DNA from: Anaeramoeba ignava BMAN
Taxonomy: Eukaryota > Protista > Anaeramoebae
Direction: 5' to 3'
Length of the DNA: 64,000 nucleotides
Assembly: GCA_028826165.1 (NCBI GenBank)
Contig: JAPDFW010000114.1
Coordinates: 744,001 to 808,000, forward strand
Below, in pieces: positions 1-11,909 of this stretch. The notes under the pieces are model-generated. The model was not told where the DNA came from, searched no databases, and worked only from the letters and a program-made list of their open reading frames with translations. Numbering within the stretch: position 1 is the first letter of the stretch; each line of letters begins with the position of its first letter. A program made the translations under genes and the position numbers.

Positions 1-1838
1 GCACTGTTCTCGCAAAAAACGCTGCTAATAACTTCTTTTATGATTACAGTCCTCAATCCACTTTTTTGAACTCAAATGGAAAACCTTCAGTTTATTCCTT
101 TATTCATCATACCTCTTTCGGAAACTACCAGTTCGTTGCCTTGGATTTGTCGATATATCCACTTGTTTCTGGGCCATTGGGTTTCTTTGCGTTTCTTGAT
201 TCAGAAAAATTGGATCAACTCGAATCAAATTTTGATTTGAATAAAAATTATTATCAATTAAATCAATCGATTATTTTCACTCATTCTCCTGTTGCTGCGA
301 TCCAAAAGCAATCCACTAAATCCTCATCAGGCAAAACTTTCAAAAATTTGATCCAAGAAAACCGAGTTCTTGCGGTTCTTGATGGGCATTTCCATTACTC
401 GGACATGTATTCAAGACTATATTCAAAAAAGGACACAATTTTTGATTTAGAACTCAATTCACTTCAAAATGATGGAATTATCAGAATATTCGCAATGGAT
501 AATGATCTGTTTTCCTTCCAAGACAGCAGCACTTCTAACAAGGACGAGCCAATTATTGTGATCACAAATCCAAAGGACAGTCGGTTTATCAGTCAAAAGG
601 AGCCTTTGTATAAAATCAAAGAATCAACTCACATTCGAGTTTTGATTTTTCATTCTTCCACTTTTAATCCTTCCAAAATTTCCTCTGTTTCTTGCGAAAT
701 AGACGGCAAAAGTATCTCTTCTAACATGCAAAGAGTTGACCCAAATAAACCTCTCTTTGTTGCTCCGTGGAACCCTTCTTCTTACAGTCATGGAAAACAC
801 GAAATAAATGTTGCGATCTGGGATTCAAATGGGAACAAAATTTCCTCACAAAAAAATGAATTCTCTGTCGATAAAACACCCTCTTTTCTGGGAATCAATT
901 TGTACCAAATTGTCCAAAGAACAAATCTCTACGACTTCTTGCTTTATTGGGATATCATTCTTATTATTTTTTATCTTCTTCAATTTGGCATTTTGGCAAG
1001 ACTGATCAAAAAAATGATCCAAAAAAAGCAAAAAGGATTTGAAACATTTTCTCAGAAATTTGGAAAGAAATCCAAAAAGATGCGTTTTCTTCATTTCTTT
1101 CCGTATTCGTATCAATCAATGATTTGGAAATTTGGAATGATTCCAAAAAAAAAATGGATCGCAATTTTAATTTCTGGTTTGCTTTTTATTTTTGGTCCAA
1201 ATATTGCTGAAATGACACAAGGCAGATGGGGCGCTGCCTTTTTTTTCGGAGTTGGCTTCAATAACAGTATTCATATGTATTCGTCCATGCTGTGGTATAC
1301 TATGCTTGGAATCACAGGAGTCTTTCTTCCAACTTTGATCTTCGCAAGTCTTCCAGTTATCGAGCCCCCAAAATCTGATAATTTCCGACTCAGATTACTT
1401 TTCCATCCAGAGACTTTTGTTGCTCTCATCGGTACCGTTGGGTTTATGTTCTATTTCTCTTTTGATTTATGGAGCGGTTATTATCTTAGCTCTGTCTTCT
1501 TGAGTTTTGGTTTGTTTTGGCCTTCTTTTATTTGTTTTTGGATTATAATTGTTACTATTGTTCAAGATTATCGTAAAATTGATCATTTGAAAACTACCTT
1601 TTCTATTTTTGAGATTTCAAACGATAATGCTCAAGTTAATGATCCAGATATTGAAATGAATGAACAAAATGAAAATCAAAATCAAAATCAAAATGAAAAT
1701 CAAAATCAAAAACAAAATCAAAATGAAAATGAAAATGAAAATGAATATCAAAATCAATACCAAATTCAATTTCAAAATCAAAAAGATCAAAAAAATCTTC
1801 AATACAAAAATTTATTGAATAATTTGGATGAAAATTAA
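1..1838 (+). CDS. TMEM62: TMEM62-like metallophosphoesterase-domain membrane protein, 5'-partial (frame open from window start)
   Basis: HSP and VLDGHFH metallophosphoesterase motifs; DLEL..RIFAMDNDLFSF, PIIVITNPK, HIRVLIF and PLFVAPWNP segments typical of TMEM62; several C-terminal TM helices; QN/EN tail. Confidence 0.8.
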   Translation, partial: TVLAKNAANNFFYDYSPQSTFLNSNGKPSVYSFIHHTSFGNYQFVALDLSIYPLVSGPLGFFAFLDSEKLDQLESNFDLNKNYYQLNQSIIFTHSPVAAIQKQSTKSSSGKTFKNLIQENRVLAVLDGHFHYSDMYSRLYSKKDTIFDLELNSLQNDGIIRIFAMDNDLFSFQDSSTSNKDEPIIVITNPKDSRFISQKEPLYKIKESTHIRVLIFHSSTFNPSKISSVSCEIDGKSISSNMQRVDPNKPLFVAPWNPSSYSHGKHEINVAIWDSNGNKISSQKNEFSVDKTPSFLGINLYQIVQRTNLYDFLLYWDIILIIFYLLQFGILARLIKKMIQKKQKGFETFSQKFGKKSKKMRFLHFFPYSYQSMIWKFGMIPKKKWIAILISGLLFIFGPNIAEMTQGRWGAAFFFGVGFNNSIHMYSSMLWYTMLGITGVFLPTLIFASLPVIEPPKSDNFRLRLLFHPETFVALIGTVGFMFYFSFDLWSGYYLSSVFLSFGLFWPSFICFWIIIVTIVQDYRKIDHLKTTFSIFEISNDNAQVNDPDIEMNEQNENQNQNQNENQNQKQNQNENENENEYQNQYQIQFQNQKDQKNLQYKNLLNNLDEN

Positions 1839-2000
1839 TAAGATTAAAAAAAGAAAATAATCTTTCTTTTCCTATTTTTGTTTTTTTCATAAATTAAAAA
1901 AAAAAATCCAAAATACTTTTTTTCCTTTTTTGTTTTAAAAGAACTTTATTTTGTTTTTTTTTTTTGGAAACTTTGAGTTAAAAGAAAAAAAAGTTTTGAA

Positions 2001-2260
2001 TTGAATTTTGGATTTAATTTTGAATTTAATTTTGAATTTAATTTTGAATTGAATTTTGAATTTAATTTTGAATTTAATTTTGAATTGAATTTTGAATTGA
2101 ATTTTGAATTGAATTTTGAATTAAATTTTGAAATGAATTTTGGATTAAATTTTGAATTTAATTTTGAATTTAATTTTGAATTTAATTTTGGATTTAATTT
2201 TGAATTTAATTTTGAAATGAATTTTAATTTTGAAAAATTTTGAATTGAATTTTGGATTTA
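2001..2260. repeat. Hexamer-based microsatellite (TTTGAA/TTTAAT)
   Basis: Visible tandem units; produce the spurious NFEF ORF. Confidence 0.85.
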
Positions 2261-2317
2261 TTTCTCTAAAACTTTTCAGTCTCCAAAATCTTGTTAGGAA
2301 AACTTTATTAGGACCTT

Positions 2318-4463
2318 TTAAAATTCAGTCTAAAATTAAAAAAATTAATAAAATTTTTTAATTAATAAAATTAAAAAAATTAATAAAATTTTTTAATTAT
2401 TCTTACCCAAGCTTTAGCAATAGTTTTCTTCATTTCATCTATAAAATATTTTTAAATATAAAAATTAAATTAAATTAAATTAAATTACAAACTAAAAAAT
2501 GTCAAAAAAAAATCAATTACCATCACCCTCTAAATAATTAAAATTAAAAATTAAAAAATTAAAAATTAAATTAAAAATTAAAAATCGGAAAAAAATATAT
2601 AAATTAAAAATTAAAAATTAAACTTACCGTTGTACATCTGTTTCATTAAATCCATTAAAGACTCTGAAGGATCTTTGGTTTTTTCTGGTTGATTTGGTTT
2701 AAAAAGTGGTTTTGTTGATTTTAATGATGACCAATGTGGAGTTCCTTTTTTTGCCAAAATTACTTCTATTCTATTACGTAATTTCCTATAAAAAATAAAA
2801 TTATATTTTTAGAAAATCATTGATTTATTTTATTTTTATTTTGATTTTTTTGATTTTTACTTGAACTTTGATTTATCTGGAATAATTTCTTCAGTTAAAT
2901 TTTTAATTGTAAGTTTATAATCAGAACCTTGGAAATCATGAATTAAAATGGAAACTGATTTTGTATTGAAGGCAACTTTAATGTTTTTAGAATCTAATTG
3001 ACCAATTCCTTTTTTCATGATATAAATTCTAAATCCAACAAATTAATATTTAATATTTAATATTTAATATTTATTTAATATTTAATATTTAATATTTATT
3101 TAATATTTAATATTTATTATTTATTTAATATTTATTATTTATTATTTATTATTTATTTATTATTTATTTAATATTTAATATTTATTATTTATTTTATATT
3201 TAATATTTAATATTTATTTAATATTTATTATTTAATATTTATTATTTAATATTTATTATTTATTTAATATTTATTATTTAATATTTAATATTTAATATTT
3301 AATATTTAATATTTAATATTTATTTATTATTTAATATTTATTTTTTATTTATTATTTAATATTTATTATTTAATATTTATTATTTATTTAATATTTAATA
3401 TTTAATATTTAATATTTATTATTTATTTAATATTTAATATTTATTTAATATTTATTTAATATTTAATATTTAATATTTAATATTTTATTTAATATTTATT
3501 ATTTAATATTTATTTTAATATTTATTTTATTTTATTTAATATTTATTTACTATTTATTTTAATATTTATTATTTAATATTTATTTAATATTTATTATTTT
3601 AATTATTTTAATATTTAATTATTTATATTTATTTATTTATTATTTAATATTTAATTATTATTTAATATTTATTTAATTAATATTTATTTAATATTTAATA
3701 TTTAATATTTAATATTTATTATTTTATTTTATTTATTTATTTATTTTATTTATTTTTATTTTATTTTATTTTTATTTTATTTAATATTTAATATTTATTT
3801 ATTATTTATTATTTATTTAATATTTTTATTTAATATTTATTATTTATTTAATATTTATTATTTGTTAATATTTAATATTTATTTAATATTTATTTTTATT
3901 TTTATTTATTTATTATTTTATTTAATATTTATTATTTATTTAATATTTAATATTTAATATTTATTATTTATTATTTATTTAATATTTAATATTTATTTAA
4001 TATTTATTTAATATTTAATATTTAATATTTATTTAATATTTAATATTTATTATTTAATTAATATTTTATTTAATATTTATTATTTAATATTTAATATTTA
4101 ATATTTAATATTTAATTATTATTTAATATTTATTATTTAATATTTAATTATTATTTAATATTTATTATTTATTTAATATTTATTATTTATTTACGTCACA
4201 GAACTAGATGATTGATCCCATGAATAATCTGTTATTGGTTGATAAAGTTTTTTAACATTTGCCCTATTTATGATATCTTTTTGTGGAATTGGTTTTCTTT
4301 CTTCTTGTTTTTGTTCAACTTGATTTGTTTCTTTTTCATTTGGTTCTTTTTCTAAAATTTCAATTTGTTTTTTAAGATATTCTTGAACTAATTCATTTTT
4401 TGATTGTTCAAGAAATTGTTGAAGTTCTTTAATTGCTTCAGCTTTTAAATCGGTGTTTTCCAT
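2318..4463 (-). CDS. CACYBP: Calcyclin-binding protein / Siah-interacting protein (CS + SGS domains); exons 4463-4195, 3028-2861, 2785-2628, 2529-2521, 2438-2407, 2329-2318
   Basis: Spliced translation gives ITDYSWDQSSSSVTIYI (CS domain) and [29 protein letters not shown] (SGS domain). All junctions are GT-AG and in phase. The last exon is uncertain. Confidence 0.85.
3029..4194 (-). repeat. 1166-nt intron almost entirely A/T (TTTAATA/TTTA microsatellite mosaic)
   Basis: GT at 4194-4193 and AG at 3030-3029 on the minus strand; interior has only a handful of G/C bases. Confidence 0.85.
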
Positions 4464-4696
4464 ACCTAACAAATATATTCACAAAACAAAACTTTGAATT
4501 GAAAAATGAAAAATTAAAAAAAAATGAAAAAAAATATTTTGAAAAAAAAAAATTTTTTTTTAAATTAAAAAACAAAAACAAAAACAAAAACAAAAACAAT
4601 TTTTTTCCGGTTTTAAATAATAAAAAATTGGATTAAATTTTATTTAATAAAAAATTTAAAATTCATTTTTCTTTCTTCTTTTTAAATCCAAAAATA

Positions 4697-5080
4697 ATGT
4701 CATTTCAAATAAATTTACAAGAAGAAATAATTGAAAATTATTTAAAATCAATTGATCAAGAAATGTCAATAATTTACAATGAAGTTAAAACTGAATTAGA
4801 AGAAAAAGCAAAAGAAAAAATAAATCAACAAAAATTATACGCAGAATCAAAACAAAAACTAGATTTAGAAAAACAAAAAGAAATTGAAGAAATAACTATA
4901 AAATATAACGAAATTATTTCAAAAATTTACAAACGTCGTGGTATTTTTGATAAATCAAGCCCATCAAAAAAAGAACAACTTGAATCTGCAAATCAAAAAC
5001 GTGATCAAGAATTGAAAATTGTTAATGAAAAATATTATCAAAAAGAAAAGGATTTGTCTGCTCAATTTTTCAAAAATTAA
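4697..5080 (+). CDS. Hypothetical coiled-coil protein (127 aa)
   Basis: ATG-initiated E/K/Q-rich helical ORF with non-repetitive codons, preceded by a TTCATTTTT element at ~4662. Confidence 0.65.
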   Translation: MSFQINLQEEIIENYLKSIDQEMSIIYNEVKTELEEKAKEKINQQKLYAESKQKLDLEKQKEIEEITIKYNEIISKIYKRRGIFDKSSPSKKEQLESANQKRDQELKIVNEKYYQKEKDLSAQFFKN

Positions 5081-5318
5081 TTCAATTTTAAACTATATTT
5101 TAATAAACTTCTATACATTAAATTCGACTCTTTGTTTAAAAATCAATCAATTTTCTAATTATTATATTTTTCGAAATTATTCAATTTTTTTTATTTTTTA
5201 TTTAAATTAAAAAAATCAATTTAAAAAATCATTATTTTTTTTTCATTTTTTTTTCATTTTTTCTTTCATTTTTCATTTTTCTCTCATTTTTTCTTTCATT
5301 TTTTCTCTTATTTTTAAA

Positions 5319-6901
5319 ATGAATCCAAATCAACAAAGAAAAAAAGTATTAAAACAACGATCAAAAAATCGTAAAAAAAATCAAAAATCGAAAAAAAAAA
5401 TTGAACAATCACAAAAATTAAAGAATGAAAAACAAGCAGATATTTTATATGAAAAAGCAGTTAATTTTGCGCAAATGTTTGAATATGAAAAAGCAATACA
5501 AGTAATTATTGAGAATTTATATAAAAAAACGGTTTTATAATCGAAAAAGAAAATAAATTAACAAAATTAAAATTAAAATTAAAATTAAAATTAAAATTTT
5601 TTTTATTTTTTAAATTAGAATTTTAGTCAAGCATTAAAATTATCACCAAATAATACAAAAATTATGGATGAAATGGCAATAACTTTACTTGAAAATGGAT
5701 TTGCAGAAGAATCTTTAAATGTTAATTTTATAAAAAATAATTTATTTTTTAATTCATTTTAAATTATTTTTTTTTTAATTGAAATTTTATTAATTAGTTA
5801 CTTAATAAAAGTGTTAAATTAGCTCCAAATATTAATCCAACAAAATATCTTTATTTAGCTCAATTATCTGAAGGATTTGAATCAATTATTTTATTTAAAA
5901 AAGCACTTGAGTTATTATTTCAAGAAAAAGAACAAATTGAAAATAAAAATCAAAATGAAAATCAAATTGAAAATGAAAATCAAAATCAAATTGAAAATGA
6001 AAATCAAAATCAAATTGAAAATCAAAATCAAATTCAAAATGAAATTCAAATTCAAATTGAAAATCAAAATCAAAATGAAAATCAAAATGAAATTGAAAAT
6101 AAAAATCAAATTCAAATTGAAATTCAAATTGAAAATAAAAATCAAATTCAAAATCAAAATCAAAATCCTGATTTAATTTCAATTTCAAATAAAATTGCTT
6201 CAGTTTATTGCTCAATGACAGAAATATATATGACTGATTTATGTTATGAAGAAGATGCAGAACAAAATTGTGAAGATTTTCTTAAAAAAGCTCTTGAAAT
6301 ATCACCAAATAATATTGAAGTTTTATTATCATTTTCTAATTTGAGAATAACCCAACAAAAAAACGAAGAATCATTAAATTTTTTAACTCAAAGTTTAAAT
6401 TTATGGCATCAACCTCTTTCACAAAAAAATACAAAAGAAAAAACAATTCAAATTGAAAATAATAAGGATGTTCAAAATCAAACTGTGATTGATTTACCAG
6501 ATATTCAAATTAGAATCCAAACTTGTAAATTATTGATTGAATTAAATAAACCCGAAATTGCAAAAGATATTCTTATTCAAATTATCAAGGAAAATAATAC
6601 TTTGGCTGAAGTTTGGTTTCTTCTTGCAACAGTTTATGATTTTTTGAAGGATTTTCTAAGAGCAAAAAAATGTGCTCAAAAAGCTAAAAGTTTAATTCAA
6701 GATTTTGAATTTGAAGACCAAGATATTCTTTATAAAATTGATGAATTATATTCTTCTCTTAAAGGAAAGAAAATAGAAAATCAAAATCAAAATCAAAATC
6801 AAAATGATGATGATGATGATATTGATATTGATATCAATTTTAATATTGATTTAAATCATGAAATGGAAGATGGTGAAAGAGATAAAATGAATAAATTTTA
6901 A
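5319..6901 (+). CDS. ACL4: ACL4-like TPR assembly chaperone of ribosomal protein uL4; exons 5319-5501, 5619-5720, 5798-6901 (true stop probably 6989)
   Basis: [46 protein letters not shown] matches the Acl4 signature; TPR helices; the acidic tail continues past 6901 if one T is removed from the homopolymer. Confidence 0.8.
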
Positions 6902-7029
6902 TGATGATAGTGATGAAGATGATTATAATGATGATAATGATGATAATGATGAAGATGATGATGAAATAATGGAAATTGATGAAAACTAATATAAATATTA
7001 ACATAAAAAATAATTTAAATAATAATTTC

Positions 7030-8985
7030 AATAATTTCAATAATTTCAATATTAATTTAAATATTCAATTTAAATATTCAATTTAAATATTCAATTTAAA
7101 TATTCAATTTAAATATTCAATTTAAATATTCAATTTAAATATTCAATTTAAATATTCAATTTAAATATTCAATTTAAATATTCAATTTAAATATTCAATT
7201 TAAATATCAATTTAATATCCAATTTAAATATTCTAGAATTCAAAATAATAAAAATATTTGATTTAAAAATTTTCTAAATTATTTCTTTTAAAATAATTCA
7301 AAAACTTTCCAAAATAATTTTGAAAAATTTAAATTCTTCAATTTAAAAATTTTGAAATATCAAATTTTAAAAACCCTCTTCAAAATGTATCAAAAGAAAT
7401 TTTTAGTTTAAAATAAATTTAAAATTTTAAAATTTTCAATTATGGAAAAACAAAAACAAAAATCAACTTCAAATAAATTTTAATTCTTTTGATTGTAAAA
7501 ACTTTTTTTTAATTTAATTTTAATTCAATTTCCCATTCAAAAACTTTCAAAATTTTAATTTTGAAAAATTTTTATTCTTCTCTCTTTAAAAATTTTAATT
7601 TAATTTAAAAACCCTCTTCAAAATGTATCAATTTTAAATTTTTAGTTTAATTTTAAATCAACCACTTTTTATTTTAATTTAATTTTAATTCAATTTTAGT
7701 TAATTTTTTAATAATTTTTATTTTAATTTATTATTAATTTTTCAATTTATGGAAAAACAAAAACAAAAATCAATTCCACTTTTTATTTTAATTTAATTTT
7801 AAATCAATTTTAAATCAATTTTAATTTAATTTTAATTCAATTTTAAATCAATTTTAAATCAATTCTAATTTAATTTTAATTCAATTTTAATTTAATTTTA
7901 ATTCAATTTTAAATCAATTCCACTTTTTATTTTAATTCAATTTTAATTTAATTTTAATTCAATTTTAATTTAATTTTAATTCAATTTTAAATCAATTTTA
8001 ATTCAATTTTAATTCAATTTTAAATCAATTTTAAATCAATTTTAAATCAATTTTAATTTAATTTTAATTTAATTTTAATTTAATTTTAATTCAATTTTAA
8101 ATCAATTTTAATTTAATTTTAATTTAATTTTAATTTAATTTTAATTCAATTTTAAATTTAATTTTAATTTAATTTTAATTTAATTTTAATTTTAATTTAA
8201 TTTAATTTAATTTAATTTTAATTCAATTTTAAATCAATTTTAATTTAATTTTAAATCAATTTTTAAATCAATTTTAAATCAATTTTAATTCAATTTTAAA
8301 TCCAATTTTAAATCAATTTTAATTCAATTTTAATTTAATTTTAATTCAATTTTAATTTAATTTTAATTTTAATTTAAAATCAATTTTTTAAATCAATTTC
8401 ACTTTTAATTTTAATTTAATTTTAATTTTAATTCAATTTTAAATCAATTTTAATTCAATTTTAATTTAATTTTAAATCAATTCCACTTTTTATTTTAAAT
8501 CAATTAAACTTTTAATTTTAATTTAATTTTAATTCAATTTTAAATCAATTTTAAATCAATTTTAATTCAATTTTAATTCAATTTTAATTTAATTTTAATT
8601 TAATTTTAATTTAATTTTAATTTAATTTTAATTTAATTTTAAATCAATTTTAAATCAATTTTAATTTAATTTTAATTTAATTTTAAATCAATTTTAATTT
8701 CAATTTCAATTTTAATTTTTCAATTTTAAATCAATTTTAAATCAATTTTAATTCAATTTTAATTCAATTTTAAATCAATTTTAATTTAATTTTAATTTAA
8801 TTTTAATTTAATTTTAAATCAATTTTAATTTAATTTTAATTTAATTTTAAATCAATTTTAAATCAATTTTAAATCAATTTTAATTTAATTTTAATTTAAT
8901 TTTAATTTAATTTTAAATCAATTTTAAATCAATTTTAAATCAATTTTAATTTATTTTAATTCAATTTTAATTTAATTTTAATTTA
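7030..8985. repeat. Intergenic AT satellite: 13-mer TTTAAATATTCAA array (~7035-7230), degenerate duplicated blocks (~7350-7780) and ~11-mer ATTTTAA(T/A)TCA/ATTTTAATTTA array (~7790-8985)
   Basis: Tandem units read directly from the sequence. Confidence 0.85.
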
Positions 8986-9037
8986 TGATTATTTTTATTT
9001 ATGATCTTAATTTTGTTTTAAAAAAAAAAAAAGAAAA

Positions 9038-11622
9038 TTAATTATTAAGTGTGAGAAGTAAATTATCACAAACTAAATCAATATTCGTAAATTTATGTTC
9101 TTCTGATAAAGGTAAATTAGAAGTTCTAGAAAGAAATAAAAGTAAATTATCTATATTAGATCGAGAAGATATTGTGTTATTTTTCTGCATAATTTCAAGC
9201 ACTTTTGATGTAATTTTTTCAAGAAAAACTCTTTGAATAATATTCTTTAATTGATTTTGATTTCTTTGAATTTTTGAAAGAATATTTTCACATAAATTAT
9301 TCTGAATGGTAATATTTTCTTCAATTTGATCTTGTTTCAAAATATTTTCCCTAAATTGATAATCTAATTCACAAAGCTTGACAAAATCAAGTAGTAAAGA
9401 ACCTTTCAAATCCCAATCGTGAATATCTTGTTGATAAGGAGAAAGTTTTTCTAGCATATTTTTCAATTGAGTGAAATTTTCTGTTAGAACAAAAAGAGGT
9501 GCAATTTCAAAGAAAATTATCTTGTGACTTTCGTTAAACATTTGGGAATGAATCAACGAATCAACTTCAATTTCAGGTTTTCTTTCGCATTTTGCGCGAA
9601 TTGCTTTTGCTTGATAAATCCATTTGCCAGGAACATTAATTTTGGATAAAAATCGATATTTCTCCATTTCTTGCTGTTGAATTGACTCAATTTGAACATT
9701 TCGAATAAGTAAATCTTGTGCATGCTTTTCAAACCCTTCATGCATCGCCACAAAGATAGCCCATTCCCAAAGTCCGCAAGCCTCGAGCTGTGAAATAAAG
9801 TTGATCGAGAGCTTCAAACTTTGGATCAGATCAAAATTGCTAAAACCTAATATTTTCATCACTTGGTAAACGTGCCAAACTAATCCATAATCAAATACTG
9901 CTTCGTTCTCACTCTCGCTTTCAATAAGACAATCAATTAAATTTCTGCGAGAACAGTATATATTCATTAATTCAAATCGAAGATCGTAAATTTGATCCTT
10001 TTCGACTGCTTTGTAAATTTTGTTGAATTTTTCAACCACTTTTGAAATTGGTGAGTTTGGTGATTTTCCAAAAAAAAACACAATTGCAAACCAACGAATC
10101 CAATTAAGATTTTTTGGAAATTTTAGTGATTTAACATCTCCACCGATTAGCTTGTAAATATCAAGAATTTGCTTATTAAATTGTTGAAATTTCCCTGTTT
10201 TTTCCCATACAATCATTTGGTTTTTCAAATCTTTTCTGAATTCAATACTTCCGTTTATTGATAATGGGATCAAAGCAGCCAATTCATATTGATTTTGAGA
10301 TAAAGCCTCTCTTGAAGCTTCTTCCAGTGAATTAGTTGATACTTTATCAAAAAGATTTGGAGTTATTCCTTCCAAAGATTCTTCCTTTTTCACTTCAAGT
10401 TGTGATTGTTTTGTGATCCATCTATTAAGTTGAATTTTTCGTGATATATTTGAATTATAATCATCTGTTTCTTGAATAACTGATTTTTCTAATTCATTAT
10501 CACTTTGATATCCTCCCCATAAAGAATTCACTAATCTCCATGAGCTTAGTTGTTTTTCAAGCATGTTTTTGACTGGTTTTTCGTTATCATCAACTTTGTG
10601 AAGAATTGATTTGATCAAGTTTATGTATTTTTTGATTCCAATCGAAGAAATTAATTCTGGATTTGAAACAAATTTTGATTTTGGTTCATTTAAATTTGAC
10701 ATATAAACTCTAAGTGTTTGGATTCTTTCATGAACAAAAGTGGAAAGAAATTTTTTGTTTTTTAAAAATTGGGAAAGAATAAATTGTTGGAGGATTAAAA
10801 CAGTTCTTGAAGAATCAGTTTTTGATAATTTTTGTAAATTTTGATTTTGATTTTGATTTTGATTTTGATTTTGATTTTGATTTTGATTTTGATTTTGATT
10901 TTGATTTTGATTTTCATTTAAATTTTGATTTTGATTTTGATTTTCATTTAAATTTTGATTTTGATTTTGATTTTGATTTCTAACTTGATTAAATGGAATA
11001 ATAATTTTTCCTTCAATAGTAAAACTAACTCTAAAAGATTTCCCTAAAAATATTCCTGAATCAATCAAAAAATTTGATTTTTCTGAAACAATAGATTTCT
11101 TTAAAGGAATATTCGAAATTGTATTATTTATTGTTGTTTCAATTGGTTCAATTATTTCTTTTTGGTTTGGAATTTCTGGATATTCATCTCTAATTATTTC
11201 AGAAGTTGATTTTGTTTCAGTTTTTGTAAACTTTGTTGAGAATTTCTTTTGATTTGAAAAAACTAAGTTTTTTGAAAATCTGTTTTGTTTTTTTGGTAAA
11301 AATGAAGGAAAAAATAGAGATTTTTTTGTTTGATTTTGAATTTGATTTTGAATTTGAGTTTGAATTTGAGTTTGATTTTGATTTTGATTTTGAATTTGAT
11401 TTCATTTTCAATTTGATTTTCATTTTGATTTGATTTTTGAATTGGTTTTTTAATTGATTTTTTAATTGATTTTTTAATTTCTAGTTTTTTAATTGGAGAT
11501 TTTTTTCTTTTTTTTTTTCTTTCATTTTTTTTTCTTGATTGACTTTTTTCATTTTGAATTTTGTTTTTAATTTCATTTTGAATTTGTTTATCAAATTTAA
11601 TTTGAGAAAAATTGAAAGACAT
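9038..11622 (-). CDS. NUP96: Nucleoporin Nup96 (C-terminal moiety of Nup98-Nup96) as an apparently stand-alone gene; 5' structure uncertain
   Basis: PLKKSIVSEKSNFLIDSGIFLGKSFRVSF resembles Nup96 xDxxLFMGRSFRVGW; WRLVNSLWG, LNWIRWFAIVFFF, FISQLEACGLWEWAIFVAMH and VPGKWIYQAKAI match the Nup96 helical solenoid. Upstream ATG at 11622 is in frame but separated by a TAG at 11263-11265. Confidence 0.8.
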
Positions 11623-11909
11623 TTTTAAAAAACTTTTAAAAAAAAAAAAATGAAAAAAAAAATTTAAAAAAAAATTATTTTTTCTTTGTTTTCTTTTTTG
11701 TTTTTTTTTTAACAAGAAAAATATATAAAAAAATTTTTTTCTGTTTAAAAGACATAAAATTTAAACTAAAAATAAAAATAAAATTAAATTAAAACCAATA
11801 GAAAAAAAATAAATTTAATTGAATCAAAAAAAAATCAAAATTTAAAAATTTTAAAAAATAAAAATAATTTAAAATCAAATCCAAAAAAAAAATCAAATTA
11901 AAAATAGAA

